From the human T2T-CHM13v2.0 reference genome, Homo sapiens, in NCBI RefSeq assembly GCF_009914755.1, contig NC_060925.1: a stretch of 64,000 bases of DNA; one strand, written 5' to 3'. The notes under the pieces are model-generated. The model was not told where the DNA came from and searched no databases. It saw nothing but the letters and a program-made list of their open reading frames with translations. Each line of letters opens with the position of its first letter. The first letter of the stretch is position 1. Of the stretch, positions 41,001-55,500 are shown in pieces. Made by a program: the position numbers and the translations under genes.

Positions 41001-44000
41001 TCATCTAATGGAATGGAATGGAATAATCCATGGACTCGAATGCAATCATCATCGAATGGAATCGAATGGAATCATCGAATGGACTCGAATGGAATAATCA
41101 TTGAACGGAATCGAATGGAATCATCATCGGATGGAAACGAATGGAATCATCATCGAATGGAAATGAAAGGAGTCTTGTAATGGAATTACATGGAATCATC
41201 ATAAAATGGAATCGAATGGAATCAACATCAAATGGAATCCAATGGAATCATTGAACGGAATTGAATTAATCGTCATCGAATCAATTGAATGCAATCATCG
41301 AATGGTCTCGAATGGAATCATGTTCAAATGGAATGGAATGGAATCATCGCATAGAATCTAATGTAATTATCATCGAATGGAATCGAATGAAATCAACAAC
41401 AAACGGAAAAAAAAGGAATTATCGAATGGAATCAAAGAGAATCATCGAATGGACCCGAATGGAATCATCTAATGGAACGGAATGGAATAATCCATGGACT
41501 CGAATGCAATCATCATCGAATGGAATCGAATGGAATCATCGAATGGACTCGATTGAAATAATCATAGAACGGAATCGAATGGAATCATCATCGGATGGAA
41601 ATGAATGGAATCATCATCGAATGGAATCGAATAGAATTATGGAATGAAATCCAGTGTGATCATCATCGAATGCACCCGAATGGAATCATCATCCAACGGA
41701 ATCTAATGGAAACAACATCGAATGAATCGAATGGAAACACCATCGAATTGAAACGAGTGGAATTATCATGAAATTGAAATGGATGGACTCATCATCGAAT
41801 GGATTCGAATGGAATCATCGAATAAAATTGATTGAAATCATCATCAAATGGAATCGAATGGTATCATTGAATGGAATCGAATGGAATCATCATCAGATGG
41901 AAATGAATGGAATCGTCATAGAATGGAATCGAATGGATTCATTGAATGGAATCAGATGGAATCATCGAATGGACTGGAATGGAATCATTGAATGGACTCG
42001 AGAGGGATCATTATTGAATGGAATTGAATGGAATCATGGAATGGTCTCGATTGGAATCATTATCAAATGGAATCGAATGGAATCACCGAATAGAATCGAA
42101 TGGAACAATCATCGAATGGACTCCAATGGAATTATCCTCAAATGGAATCGCATGGAATTATCGAATGCAATCGAATGGAATTATCGAATGCAATCGAATA
42201 GAATCATCGAATGGACTCGAATGGAATCATCGAATGGAATGGAATGGAACAGTCAATGAACACGAATGGAATCATCATTGAATGGAATCGAATGGAATCA
42301 TCGAGTGGAATCGAATGGAATTATGATCAAATGGAATCGAATGTAATCATCATCAAATGGAATCAAAGATAACCATCATCAATTGGTATTGAATGGAATT
42401 GTCATCAAATGGAATTCAAAGGAATCATCACCAAATGGAACCGAAAGGAATCCTCATTGAATGGAAATGAAAGGGGTTATCATCTAATGGAATCGCATGG
42501 AATCATCATCAAATGGAATCGAATGGAATCATCATCAGATGGAATCTAATGGAATCATTGAACAGAATTGAATGGAATCGTCATCGAATGAATTGAATGC
42601 AATCATCGAATGGTCTCGAACGGAATCATCTTCTAATGGAAAGGAATGGAATCATCGCATATAATCGAATGGAATTAACATTGAATGGACTCGAATGGAA
42701 TCAACATCAAACGGAATCAAGCGGAATTATCGAATGGAATCGAAGAGAATCATCGAATGGACTCGAATGGAATCATCTAATGGAATGGAATGGAATAATC
42801 CACGGACACGAATGCAATCATCATCGTATAGAATCGAATGGAATCATCGAAAGGACTTGAAAGGAATAATCATTGAACGGAATCGAATGGAATCATCATC
42901 GGATGGAAACGACTGGAATCATCATCGAATGGAAATGAAAGGAGTCATCATCTAATGGAATTGCATGGAATCATCATAAAATGGAATCGAATGGAATCAA
43001 CATCAAATGGAATCAAATGGAATCATTGAACGGAATTGAATGGAATCGTCATCGAATGAATTGAATGCAATCATCGAATGGTCTCGAATGGAATCATCTT
43101 CAAATGGAATGGAATGGAATCATCGCATAGAATCGAATGGAATTATCATCGAATGTTATCGAATGGTGTCAAAAACAAACGGAACAAAACGGAATTATCG
43201 AATGGAATCGAAGAGAATCATCGAACGGACCCGAATGGAATCATCTAATGGAATGGAATGGAATAATCCATGGACTCGAATGCAATCATCATCGAATGGA
43301 ATCGAATGGAATCATCGAATGGACTCGAATGGAATAATCATTGAAAGGAATTGAATGGAATCATCATCGGATGGAAACTAATGGAATCATCATCGAATGG
43401 AAATGAAAGGAGTCATGTAATGGAATTGCATGGAATCATCATAAAATGGAATCGAATGGAATCAACATCAAGTGGAATCCAATGGAATCATTGAACGGAA
43501 TTGAATGGAATCGTCATCGAATGAATTGAATGCAATCATCTAATGGTCTAGAATGGAATCATCTTCAAATGGAATGGAGTGGAATCATCGCATAGAATCG
43601 AATGGAATTATCATCGAATGGAATCGAATGGAATCAACAACAAACGGAAAAAAAAGGAATTATCGAATGGAATCAAAGAGAATCATCGAATGGACCCGAA
43701 TGGAATCATCTAATGGAACGGAATGGAATAATCCATGGACTCGAATGCAATCATCATCGAATGGAATCGAATGGAATCATCGAATGGACTCGAATGAAAT
43801 AATCATAGAACGGAATCGAATGGAATCATCATCGGATGGAAATGAATGGAATCATCATCGAATGGAATCGAATAGAATTATGGAATGAAATCCAGTGTGA
43901 TTATCATCGAATGCACCCGAATGGAATCATCATCCAACGGAATATAATGGAAACAACATCAAATGAATCGAATGGAAACACCATCGAATTGAAACGAGTG

Positions 44001-44520
44001 GAATTATCATGAAATTGAAATGGATGGACTCATCATCGAATGGATTCGAATGGAATCATCGAATAAAATTGATTGAAATCATCATCAAATGGAATCGAAT
44101 GGTATCATTGAATGGAATCGAATGGAATCATCATCAGATGGAAATGAATGGAATCGTCATAGAATGGAATCGAATGGATTCATTGAATGGAATCAGATGG
44201 AATCATCGAATGGACTGGAATGGAATCATTGAATGGACCCGAGAGGGATCATTATTGAATGGAATTGAATGGAATCATGGAATGGTCTCGATTGGAATCA
44301 TTATCAAATGGAATCGAATGGAATCACCGAATAGAGTCGAATGGAACAATCATCGAATGGACTCCAATGGAATTATCCTCAAATGGAATCGAATGGAATT
44401 ATCGAATGCAATCGAATGGAATTATCGAATGCAATCCAATAGAATCATCGAATGGACTCGAATGGAATCATCGAATGGAATGGAATGGAACAGTCAATGA
44501 ACTCGAATGGAATCATCATT
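38091..44520 (+). repeat. Sub-array of ~2241-bp units with 4481-bp higher-order period
   Basis: Landmarks at 39528, 41768 and 44009. TGTTATCGAATGGTGTCAAAAACAAACGGAACAAAAC occurs at ~38673 and ~43154 (+4481). Confidence 0.85.
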
Positions 44521-46593
44521 GAATGGAATCGAAAGGAATCATCGAGTGGAATCGAATGGAATTATGATCAAATGGAATCGAATGTAATCATCAACAAAGG
44601 GAATCAAAGATAACCATCATCAATTGGTATTGAATGGAATTGTCATCAAATGGAATTCAAAGGAATCATCACCAAATGGAACCGAATGGAATCCTCATTG
44701 AATGGAAATGAAATGGGTCATCATCTAATGGAATTGCATGGAATCATCATCAAATGGAATCGAATGGAAACATCATCAAATGGAATCTAATGGAATCATT
44801 GAACAGAATTGAATGGATTCGTCATCGAATGAATTGAATGCAATCATCGAATGGTCTCAAATGGAATCATCTTCTAATGGAAAGGAATGGAATCATCGCA
44901 TAGAATCGAATGGAATTAACATTGAATGGACTCGAATGGAATCAACATCAAACGGAATCAAGCGGAATTATCGAATGGAATCGAAGAGAATCATCGAATG
45001 GACTCGAATGGAATCATCTAATGGAATGGAATGGAATAATCAACGGACACGAATGCAATCATCATCGTATAGAATCGAATGGAATCATCGAATGGACTCG
45101 AATGGAATAATCATTGAACGGAATCGAATGGAATAATCATCAGATCGAAACGAATGGAATCATCATCGAATGGAAATGAAAGGAGTCATCTAATGGAATT
45201 TCATGAAATCATCATCAAATGGAATCGAATGGAATCAACATCAAATGGAATCAAATGGAATCATTGAACGGAATTGAATGGAATCGTCATCGAATGAATT
45301 GAATGCAATCATCGAATGGTCTCGAATGGAATCATCTTCAAATGGAATGGAATGGAATCATCGCATAGAATCGAATGGAATTATCATCGAATGGAATCGA
45401 ATGGAATCAACATCAAACGGAAAAAAACGGAATTATCGAATGGAATCGAAGAGAATCATCGAATGGACCCGAATGGAATCATCTAATGGAATGGAATGGA
45501 ATAATCCATGGACTCGAATGCAATCATCATCGAATGGAATCGAATGGAATCATCGAGTGGAATCGAATGGAATTATGATCAAATGGAATTGAATGTAATC
45601 ATCATCAAATGGAATCAAAAATAACTATCATCAATTGGTATTGAATGGAATTCTCATCAAATGGAATTCAAAGGAATCATCATCAAATGGAACCGAATGG
45701 AATCCTCATTGAATGGAAATGAAAGGGGTCATCATCTAATGGAATCGCATGGAATCATCATCAAATGGAATCGAATGGAATCATCATCAAATGGAATCTA
45801 ATGGAATCATTGAACAGAATTGAATGGAATCGTTATCGAATGAATTGAATGCAATCATCGAATGGTCTCGAATGGAATCATCTTCTAATGGAAAGGAATG
45901 GAATCATCGCATAGAATCGAATGGAATTAACATTGAATGGACTCCAATGGAATCAACAAAAAAAGGAATCAATCGGAATTATCGAATGGAATCGAAGAGA
46001 ATCATCGAATGGACTCGAATGGAATCACCTAATGGTATGTAATGGAATAATCCACGGACTCGAATGCAATCATCATCGTATAGAATCGAATGGAATCATC
46101 GAATGGACTCGAATGGAATAATCATTGAAAGGAATCGAATGGAATCATCATCGGATGGAAACGAATGGAATCATCATCGAATGGAATCGAATACAATTTT
46201 GGAATGAAATCCAGTGTGATCATCATCGAATGGACCCGAATGGAATCATCATCCAACGGAAGCTAATGGAATCAACATCGAATGAATCGATTGGAAACAC
46301 CATCGAATTGAAACGAATGGAATTATCATGAAATTGAAATGGACGGACTCATCATCGAATGGATTCGAATGGAATCATCGAATAAAATTGATTGAAATCA
46401 TCATCAAATGGAATCGAATGGTATCATTGAATGGAATCGAATGGAATCATCATCAGATGGAAACGAATGGAATCATCATTGAATGGAAATGAAAGGAGTC
46501 ATCATCTAATGGAATTGCATGGAATCATCATCAAATGGAATCGAATGGAATCAACATCAAATGGAATCAAATGGAATCATTGAACGGAATTGA

Positions 46594-49500
46594 ATGGAAT
46601 CGTAATCGAATGAATTGAATGCAATCATCGAATGGTCTCGAATGGAATCATCTTCAAATGAAATGGAATGGAATCATTGCATAGAATCGAATGGAATTAT
46701 CATCGAATGGAATCAAATGTTATCAACATCAAATGGAAAAAAACGGAATTATCGCATGGAATCGAAGAGAATCATCGAATGGACCCGAATGGAATCATCT
46801 AATGGAATGGAATGGAATAATCCATGGACTCGAATGCAATCATCATCGAATGGAATCGAATGGAATCATCGAATGGAGTCGAATGGAATAATCATTGAAC
46901 GGAATCGAATGGAATCATCATCGGATGGAAATGAATGGAATCATCATCGAATGGAATCGAATAGAATTATGGAATGAAATCCAGTGTGATCATCATCGAA
47001 TGGACCCGAATAGAATCATCATCCAACGGAAGCTAATGGAATCAACATCGAATGAATCTAACAGAAACACCATCGAATTGAAATAAAGGGAATTATCATG
47101 AAATTGGAATGGATGGACTCATCATCGAATGGATTCGAATGGAATCATAGAATAAAATTGATTGAAATCATCATCAAATGGAATCGAATGGTATCATTGA
47201 ATGGAATCGAATGAAATCGTCATCAGATGGAAATGAATGGAATCGTCATAGAATGGAATCGAATGGATTCATTGAATGGAATCAGATGGAATCATCGAAT
47301 GGACTGGAATGGAATCATTGAATGGACTTGAAAGATATCATTATTGAATGGAATTGAATGGAATCATTGAATGGTCTCGATTGGAATCATTATAAAATGG
47401 AATCGAATGGAATCACCGAATAGAATCGAATGGAACAATCATCGAATGGACTCAAATGGAATTATCCTCAAATGGAATTGAATGGAATTATCGAATGCAA
47501 TCGAATGGAATTATCGAATGCAATCGAATAGAATCATCGAATGGACTCGAATGGAATCATCGAATGGAATGGAATGGAACAGTCAATGAACACGAATGGA
47601 ATCATCATTGAATGGATTCAAATGGAATCATCGAGTGGAATCGAATGGAATTATGATCAAATGGAATCGAATGTAATCATCATCAAATGGAATCAAAAAT
47701 AACCATCATCAATTGGTATTGAATGGAATTGTCATCAAGTGGAATTCAAAGGAATCATCATCAAATGGAACCGAATGGAATCCTCATTGAATGGAAATGA
47801 AAGGGGTCATCATCTAATGGAATCGCATGGAATCATCATCAAATGGAATCGAATGGAATTATCATTAAATGGAATCTAATGGAATCATTGAACAGAATTG
47901 AATGGAATCGTCATCGAATGAATTGAATGCAATCATCGAATGGTCTCGAATGGAATCATCTTCTAATGGAAAGGAATGGAATCATCGCATAGAATCGAAT
48001 GGAATTAACATTGATGGACTCGAATGGAATCAACATCAAACGGAATTAAGCGGAATTATCGAATGGAATCGAAGAGAATCATCGAATGGACTCGAATGGA
48101 ATCATCTAATGGAATGGAATGGAATAATCCCCGGACTCGAATGCAATCATCATCGTATAGAATCGAGTGGAATCATCGAATGGACTCGAATGGAATAATC
48201 ATTGAATGGAATCGAATGGAATCATCATCGGATGGATATGAATGGATTCATCATCGAATGGAAATGAAAGGAGTCATCATCTAATGGAATTGCATGGAAT
48301 CATCATAAAATGGAATTGAATGGAATCAACATCAAATGGAATCAAATGGAATCATTGAACGGAATTGAATGGAATCGTCATCGAATGAATTGAATGCAAT
48401 CATCGAATGGTCTCAAATGGAATCATCTTCAAATGGAATGGAATGGAATCATCGCATAGAATCGAATGGAATTATCATCGAACGGTATCAACATCAAACG
48501 GAAAAAAACGGAATTATCGAATGGAATCGAAGAGAATCATCGAATGGACCCGAATGGAATCATCTAATGGAATGGAATGGAATAATCCATGGACTCGAAT
48601 GCAATCATCATCGAATGGAATCGAATGGAATCATCGAATGGACTCGAATGGAATAATCATTGAACGGAATCGAATGGAATCATCATCGGATGGAAATGAA
48701 TGGAATCATCATCGAATGGAATCGAATAGAATTATGGAATGAAATCCAGTGTGATCATCATCGAATGGACCCGAATGGAATCATCATCCAACGGAAGCTA
48801 ATGGAATCAACATCGAATGAATCGAATGGAAACACCATCGAATTGAAACGAATGGAATTATCATGAAATTGAAATGGATGGAGTCATCATCGAATGGATT
48901 CGAATGGAATCATCGAATAAAATTGATTGAAATCATCAAATGGAATCGAATGGTATCATTGAATGGAAACGAATGGAATCATCATCAGATGGAAATGAAT
49001 GGAATCGTCATAGAATGGAATCGAATGGATTCATTGAATGGAATCAGATGGAATCATCGAATGGACTGGAATGGAATCATTGAATGGACTCGAAAGGGAT
49101 CATTATTGAATGGAATTGAATGGAATCATCGAATGGTCTCGATTGGAATCATTACCAAATGGAATCGAATGGAATCACCGAATAGAATCGAATGGAACAA
49201 TCATCGAATGGACTCAAATGGAATTACCCTCAAATGGAATCGAATGGAATTATCGAATGCACTCGAATGGAATTATCGAATGCATTCGAATAGAATCATC
49301 GAATGGACTCGAATGGAATCATCGAATGGAATGGAATGGAACAGTCAATGAACTCGAATGGAATCATCATTGAATGGAATCGAATGGAATCATCGAGTGG
49401 AATCGAATGGAATTATGATCAAATGGAATCGAATGTAATCATCAACAAATGGAATCAAAAATAACCATCATCAATTGGTATTGAATGGAATTGTCATCAA

Positions 49501-52500
49501 ATGGAATTCAAAGGAATCATCATCAAATGGAACCGAATGGAATCCTCATTGAATGGAAATGAAAGGAGTCATCATCTAATGGAATCGCATGGAATCATCA
49601 TCAAATGGAATCGAATGGAATCATCATCAAATGGAATCTAATGGAATCATTGAACAGAATTGAATGGAATCGTCATCGAATGAATTGAATGCAATCATCG
49701 AATGGTCTCGAATGGAATCATCTTCTAATGGAAAGGAATGGAGTCATCGCATAGAATCGAGTGGAATTAACATTGAATGGACTCGAATGGAATCAACATC
49801 AAACGGAATCAAGCGGAATTATCGAATGGAATCGAAGAGAATCATCGAATGGACTCGAATGGAATCATCTAATGGAATGGAATGGAATAATCCACGGACT
49901 CGAATGCAATCATCATCGTATAGAATCGAATGGAATCATCGAATGGACTCGAATGCAATAATCATTGAACGGAATCGAATGGAATCATCATCGGATGGAA
50001 ACGAATGGAATAATCATCGAATGGAAATGAAAGGAGTCATCATCTAATGGAATTGCATGGAATCATCATAAAATGGAATCGAATGGAATCAACATCAAAT
50101 GGAATCAAATGGAATCATTGAACGGAATTTAATGGAATCGTCATCGAATGAATTGAATGTAATCATCGAATGGTCTCGAATGGAATCATCTTCAAATGGA
50201 ATGGAATGGAATCATCGCATAGAATCGAATGGAATTATCATCGAATGGAATCGAATGGTATCAACATCAAAAGGAAAAAAACGGAATTATCGAATGGAAT
50301 TGAAGAGAATCATCGAACGGACCCTAATGGAATCATCTAATGGAATGGAATGGAATAATCCATGGACCCGAATGTAATCATCATCGAATGGAATCGAATG
50401 GAATCATCGAATGGACTCGAATGGAATAATCATTGAACGGAATCAAATGGAATCATCATCACATGGAAACGAATGGAATCATCATGGAATGGAAATGAAA
50501 GGAGTCATCATCTAATGGAATTGCATGGAATTATCATCAAATGGAATCGAATGGAATCAACATCAAATAGAATCAAATGGAATCATTGAACGGAATTGAA
50601 TGGAATCGTAATCGAATGAATTGACTGCAATCATCGAATGGTCTCGAATGGAATCATCTTCAAATGAAATGGAATGGAATCATCGCATAGAATCGAATGG
50701 AATTATCATCGAATGGAATCAAATGTTATCAACATCAAATGGAAAAAAACGGAATTATCGCATGGAATCGAAGAGAATCATCGAATATACCCGAATGGAA
50801 TCATCTAATGGAATGGAATGGAATAATCCATGGACTCGAATGCAATCATCATCGAATGGAATCGAATGGAATCATCGAATGGAGTCGAATGGAATAATCA
50901 TTGAACGGAATCGAATGGAATCATCATCGGATGGAAATGAATGGAATCATCATCGAATGGAATCGAATAGAATTATGGAATGAAATCCAGTGTGATCATC
51001 ATCGAATGGACCCGAATGGAATCATCATCCAACGGAAGCTAATGGAATCAACATCGAATGAATCTAACAGAAACACCATCGAATTGAAATGAATGGAATT
51101 ATCATGAAATTGTAATGGATGGACTCATCATCGAATGGATTCGAATGGAATCATCGAATAAAATTGATTGAAATCATCATCAAATGGAATCAAATGGTAT
51201 CATTGAATGGAATCGAATGAAATCGTCATCAGATGGAAATGAATGGAATCGTCATAGAATGGAATCGAATGGATTCATTGAATGGAATCAGATGGAATCA
51301 TCGAATGGACTGGAATGGAATCATTGAATTTACTTGAAAGATATCATTATTGAATGGAATTGAATGGAATCATCGAATGGTCTCGATTGGAATCATTATC
51401 AAATAGAATCGAATGGAATCACCGAATAGAATCGAAGGGAACAATCATCGAATGGACTCAAATGGAATTATCCTCAAATGGAATTCAATGGAATTATCGA
51501 ATGCAATCCCATGGAATTATCGAATGCAATCGAATAGAATCATCGAATGGACTCGAATGGAATCATCGAATGGAATGGAATGGAACAGTCAATGAACACG
51601 AATGGAATCATCATTGAATGGAATCAAATGGAATCATCGAGTGGAATCGAATGGAATTTTGATCAAATGGAATCGAATGTAATCATCATCAAATGGAATC
51701 AAAAATAACCATCATCAATTGGTATTGAATGGAATTGTCATCAAGTGGAATTCAAAGGAATCATCATCAAATGGAACCGAATGGAATCCTCATTGAATGG
51801 AAATGAAAGGGGTCATCATCTAATGGAATCGCATGGAATCATCATCAAATGGAATCGAATGGAATTATCATCAAATGGAATCTAATGGAATCATTGAACA
51901 GAATTGAATGGAATCATCATCGAATGAATTGAATGCAATCATCGAATGGTCTCGAATGGAATCATCTTCTAATGGAAAGGAATGGAATCATCGCATAGAA
52001 TCGAATGGAATTAACATTGAATGGACTCGAATGGAATCAACATCAAACGGAATCAAGCGGAATTATCGAATGGAATCGAAGAGAATCATCGAATGGACTC
52101 GAATGGAATCATCTAATGGAATGGAATGGAATAATCCCCGGACTCGAATGCAATCATCATCGTATAGAATCGAGTGGAATCATCGAATGGACTCGAATGG
52201 AATAATCATTGAATGGAATCGAATGGAATCATCATCGGATGGATACGAATGGAATCATCATCGAATGGAAATGAAAGGAGTCATCATCTAATGGAATTGC
52301 ATGGAATCATCATAAAATGGAATCGAATGGAATCAACATCAAATGGAATCAAATGGAATCATTGAACGGAATTGAATGGAATCGTCATCGAATGAATTGA
52401 ATGCAATCATCGAATGGTCTCAAATGGAATCATCTTCAAATGGAATGGAATGGAATCATCGCATAGAATCGAATGGAATTATCATGGAATGGAATCGAAT

Positions 52501-55500
52501 GGTATCAACATCAAATGGAAAAAAACGGAATTATCGAATGGAATCGAAGAGAATCATCGAACGGACCCGAATGGAATCATCTAATGGAATGGAATGGAAT
52601 AATCCATGGACTCGAATGCAATCATCATCGAATGGAATCGAATGGAATCATCGAATGGACTCGAATGGAATAATCATTGAACGGAATCGAATGGAATCAT
52701 CATCGGATAGAAATGAATGGAATCATCATCGAATGGAATCGAATAGAATTATGGAATGAAATCCAGTGTGATCATCATCGAATGGACCCGAATGGAATCA
52801 TCATCCAACGGAAGCTAATGGAATCAACATCGAATGAATCGAATGGAAACACCATCGAATTGAAACGAATGGAATTATCATGAAATTGAAATGGATGGAC
52901 TCATCATCGAATGGATTCGAATGGAATCATCGAATAAAATTGATTGAAATCATCATCAAATGGAATCGAATGGTATCATTGAATGGAATCGAATGGAATC
53001 ATCATCAGATGGAAATGAATGGAATCGTCATAGAATGGAATCGAATGGATTCATTGAATGGAATCAGATGGAATCATCGAATGGACTGGAATGGAATCAT
53101 TGAATGGACTCGAAAGGGATCATTATTGAATGGAATTGAATGGAATCATCGAATGGTCTCGATTGGAATCATTACCAAATGGAATCGAATGGAATCACCG
53201 AATAGAATCGAATGGAACAATCATCGAATGGACTCAAATGGAATTACCCTCTAATGGAATCGAATGGAATTATCGAATGCACTCGAATGGAATTATCGAA
53301 TGCATTCGAATAGAATCATCGAATGGACTCGAATGGAATCATCGAATGGAATGGAATGGAACAGTCAATGAACTCCAATGGAATCATCATTGAATGGAAT
53401 CGAATGGAATCATCGAGTGGAATCGAATGGAATTATGATCAAATGGAATCGAATGTAATCATCAACAAATGGAATCAAAAATAACCATCATCAATTGGTA
53501 TTGAATGGAATTGTCATCAAATGGAATTCAAAGGAATCATCATCAAATGGAACCGAATGGAATCCTCATTGAATGGAAATGAAAGGGGTCATCATCTAAT
53601 GGAATCGCATGGAATCATCATCAAATGGAATCGAATGGAATCATCATCAAATGGAATCTAATGGAATCATTGAACAGAATTGAATGGAATCGTCATCGAA
53701 TGAATTGAATGCAATCATCGAATGGTCTCGAATGGAATCATCTTCTAATGGAAAGGAATGGAATCATCGCATAGAATCGAATGGAATTAACATTGAATGG
53801 ACTCGAATGGAATCAACATCAAACGGAATCAAGCGGAATTATCGAATGGAATCGAAGAGAATCATCGAATGGACTCGAATGGAATCATCTAATGGAATGG
53901 AATGGAATAATCCACGGACTCGAATGCAATCATCATCGTATAGAATCGAATGGAATCATCGAATGGACTCGAATGGAATAATCATTGAACGGAATCGAAT
54001 GGAATAATCATCGGATGGAAACGAATGGAATCATCATCGAATGGAAATGAAAGGAGTCATCATCTAATGGAATTGCATGGAATCATCATAAAATGGAATT
54101 GAATGGAATCAACATCAAATGGAATCAAATGGAATCATTGAATGGAATTGAATGAGATCGTCATCGAATGAATTGAATGCAATCATCGAATGGTCTCGAA
54201 TGGAATCATCTTCAAATGGAATGGAATGGAATCATCGCATAGAATCGAATGGAATTATCATCGAACGGTATCAACATCAAACGGAAAAAAAACGGAATTA
54301 TCGAATGGAATCGAAGAGAATCATCGAATGGACACGAATGGAATCATCTAATGGAATGGAATGGAATAATCCATGGACTCGAATGCAATCATCATCGAAT
54401 GGAATCGAATGGAATCATCGAATGGACTCGAATGGAATAATCATTGAACGGAATCGAATGGAATCATCATCGGATGGAAATGAATGGAATCATCATCGAA
54501 TGGAATCGAATAGAATTATGGAATGAAATCCAGTGTGATCATCATCGAATGGACCCGAATGGAATCATCATCCAACGGAAGCTAATGGAATCAACATCGA
54601 ATGAATCGAATGGAAACACCATCGAATTGAAACGAATGGAATTATCATGAAATTGAAATGGATGGAGTCATCATCGAATGGATTCGAATGGAATCATCGA
54701 ATAAAATTGATTGAAATCATCATCAAATGGTATCGAATGGTATCATTGCATGGAAACGAATGGAATCATCATCAGATGGAAATGAATGGAATCGTCATAG
54801 AATGGAATCGAATGGATTCATTGAATGGAATCAGATGGAATCATCGAATGGACTGGAATGGAATCATTGAATGGACTCGAAAGGGATCATTATTGAATGG
54901 AATTGAATGGAATCATCGAATGGTCTCGATTGGAATCATTACCAAATGGAATCGAATGGAATCACCGAATAGAATCGAATGGAACAATCATCGAATGGAC
55001 TCAAATGGAATTACCCTCAAATGGAATCGAATGGAATTATCGAATGCACTCGAATGGAATTATCGAATGCATTCGAATAGAATCATCGAATGGACTCGAA
55101 TGGAATCATCGAATGGAATGGAATGGAACAGTCAATGAACTCGAATGGAATCATCATTGAATGGAATCGAATGGAATCATCGAGTGGAATCGAATGGAAT
55201 TATGATCAAATGGAATCGAATGTAATCATCAACAAATGGAATCAAAAATAACCATCATCAATTGGTATTGAATGGAATTGTCATCAAATGGAATTCAAAG
55301 GAATCATCATCAAATGGAACCGAATGGAATCCTCATTGAATGGAAATGAAAGGAGTCATCATCTAATGGAATCGCATGGAATCATCATCAAATGGAATCG
55401 AATGGAATCATCATCAAATGGAATCTAATGGAATCATTGAACAGAATTGAATGGAATCGTCATCGAATGAATTGAATGCAATCATCGAATGGTCTCGAAT

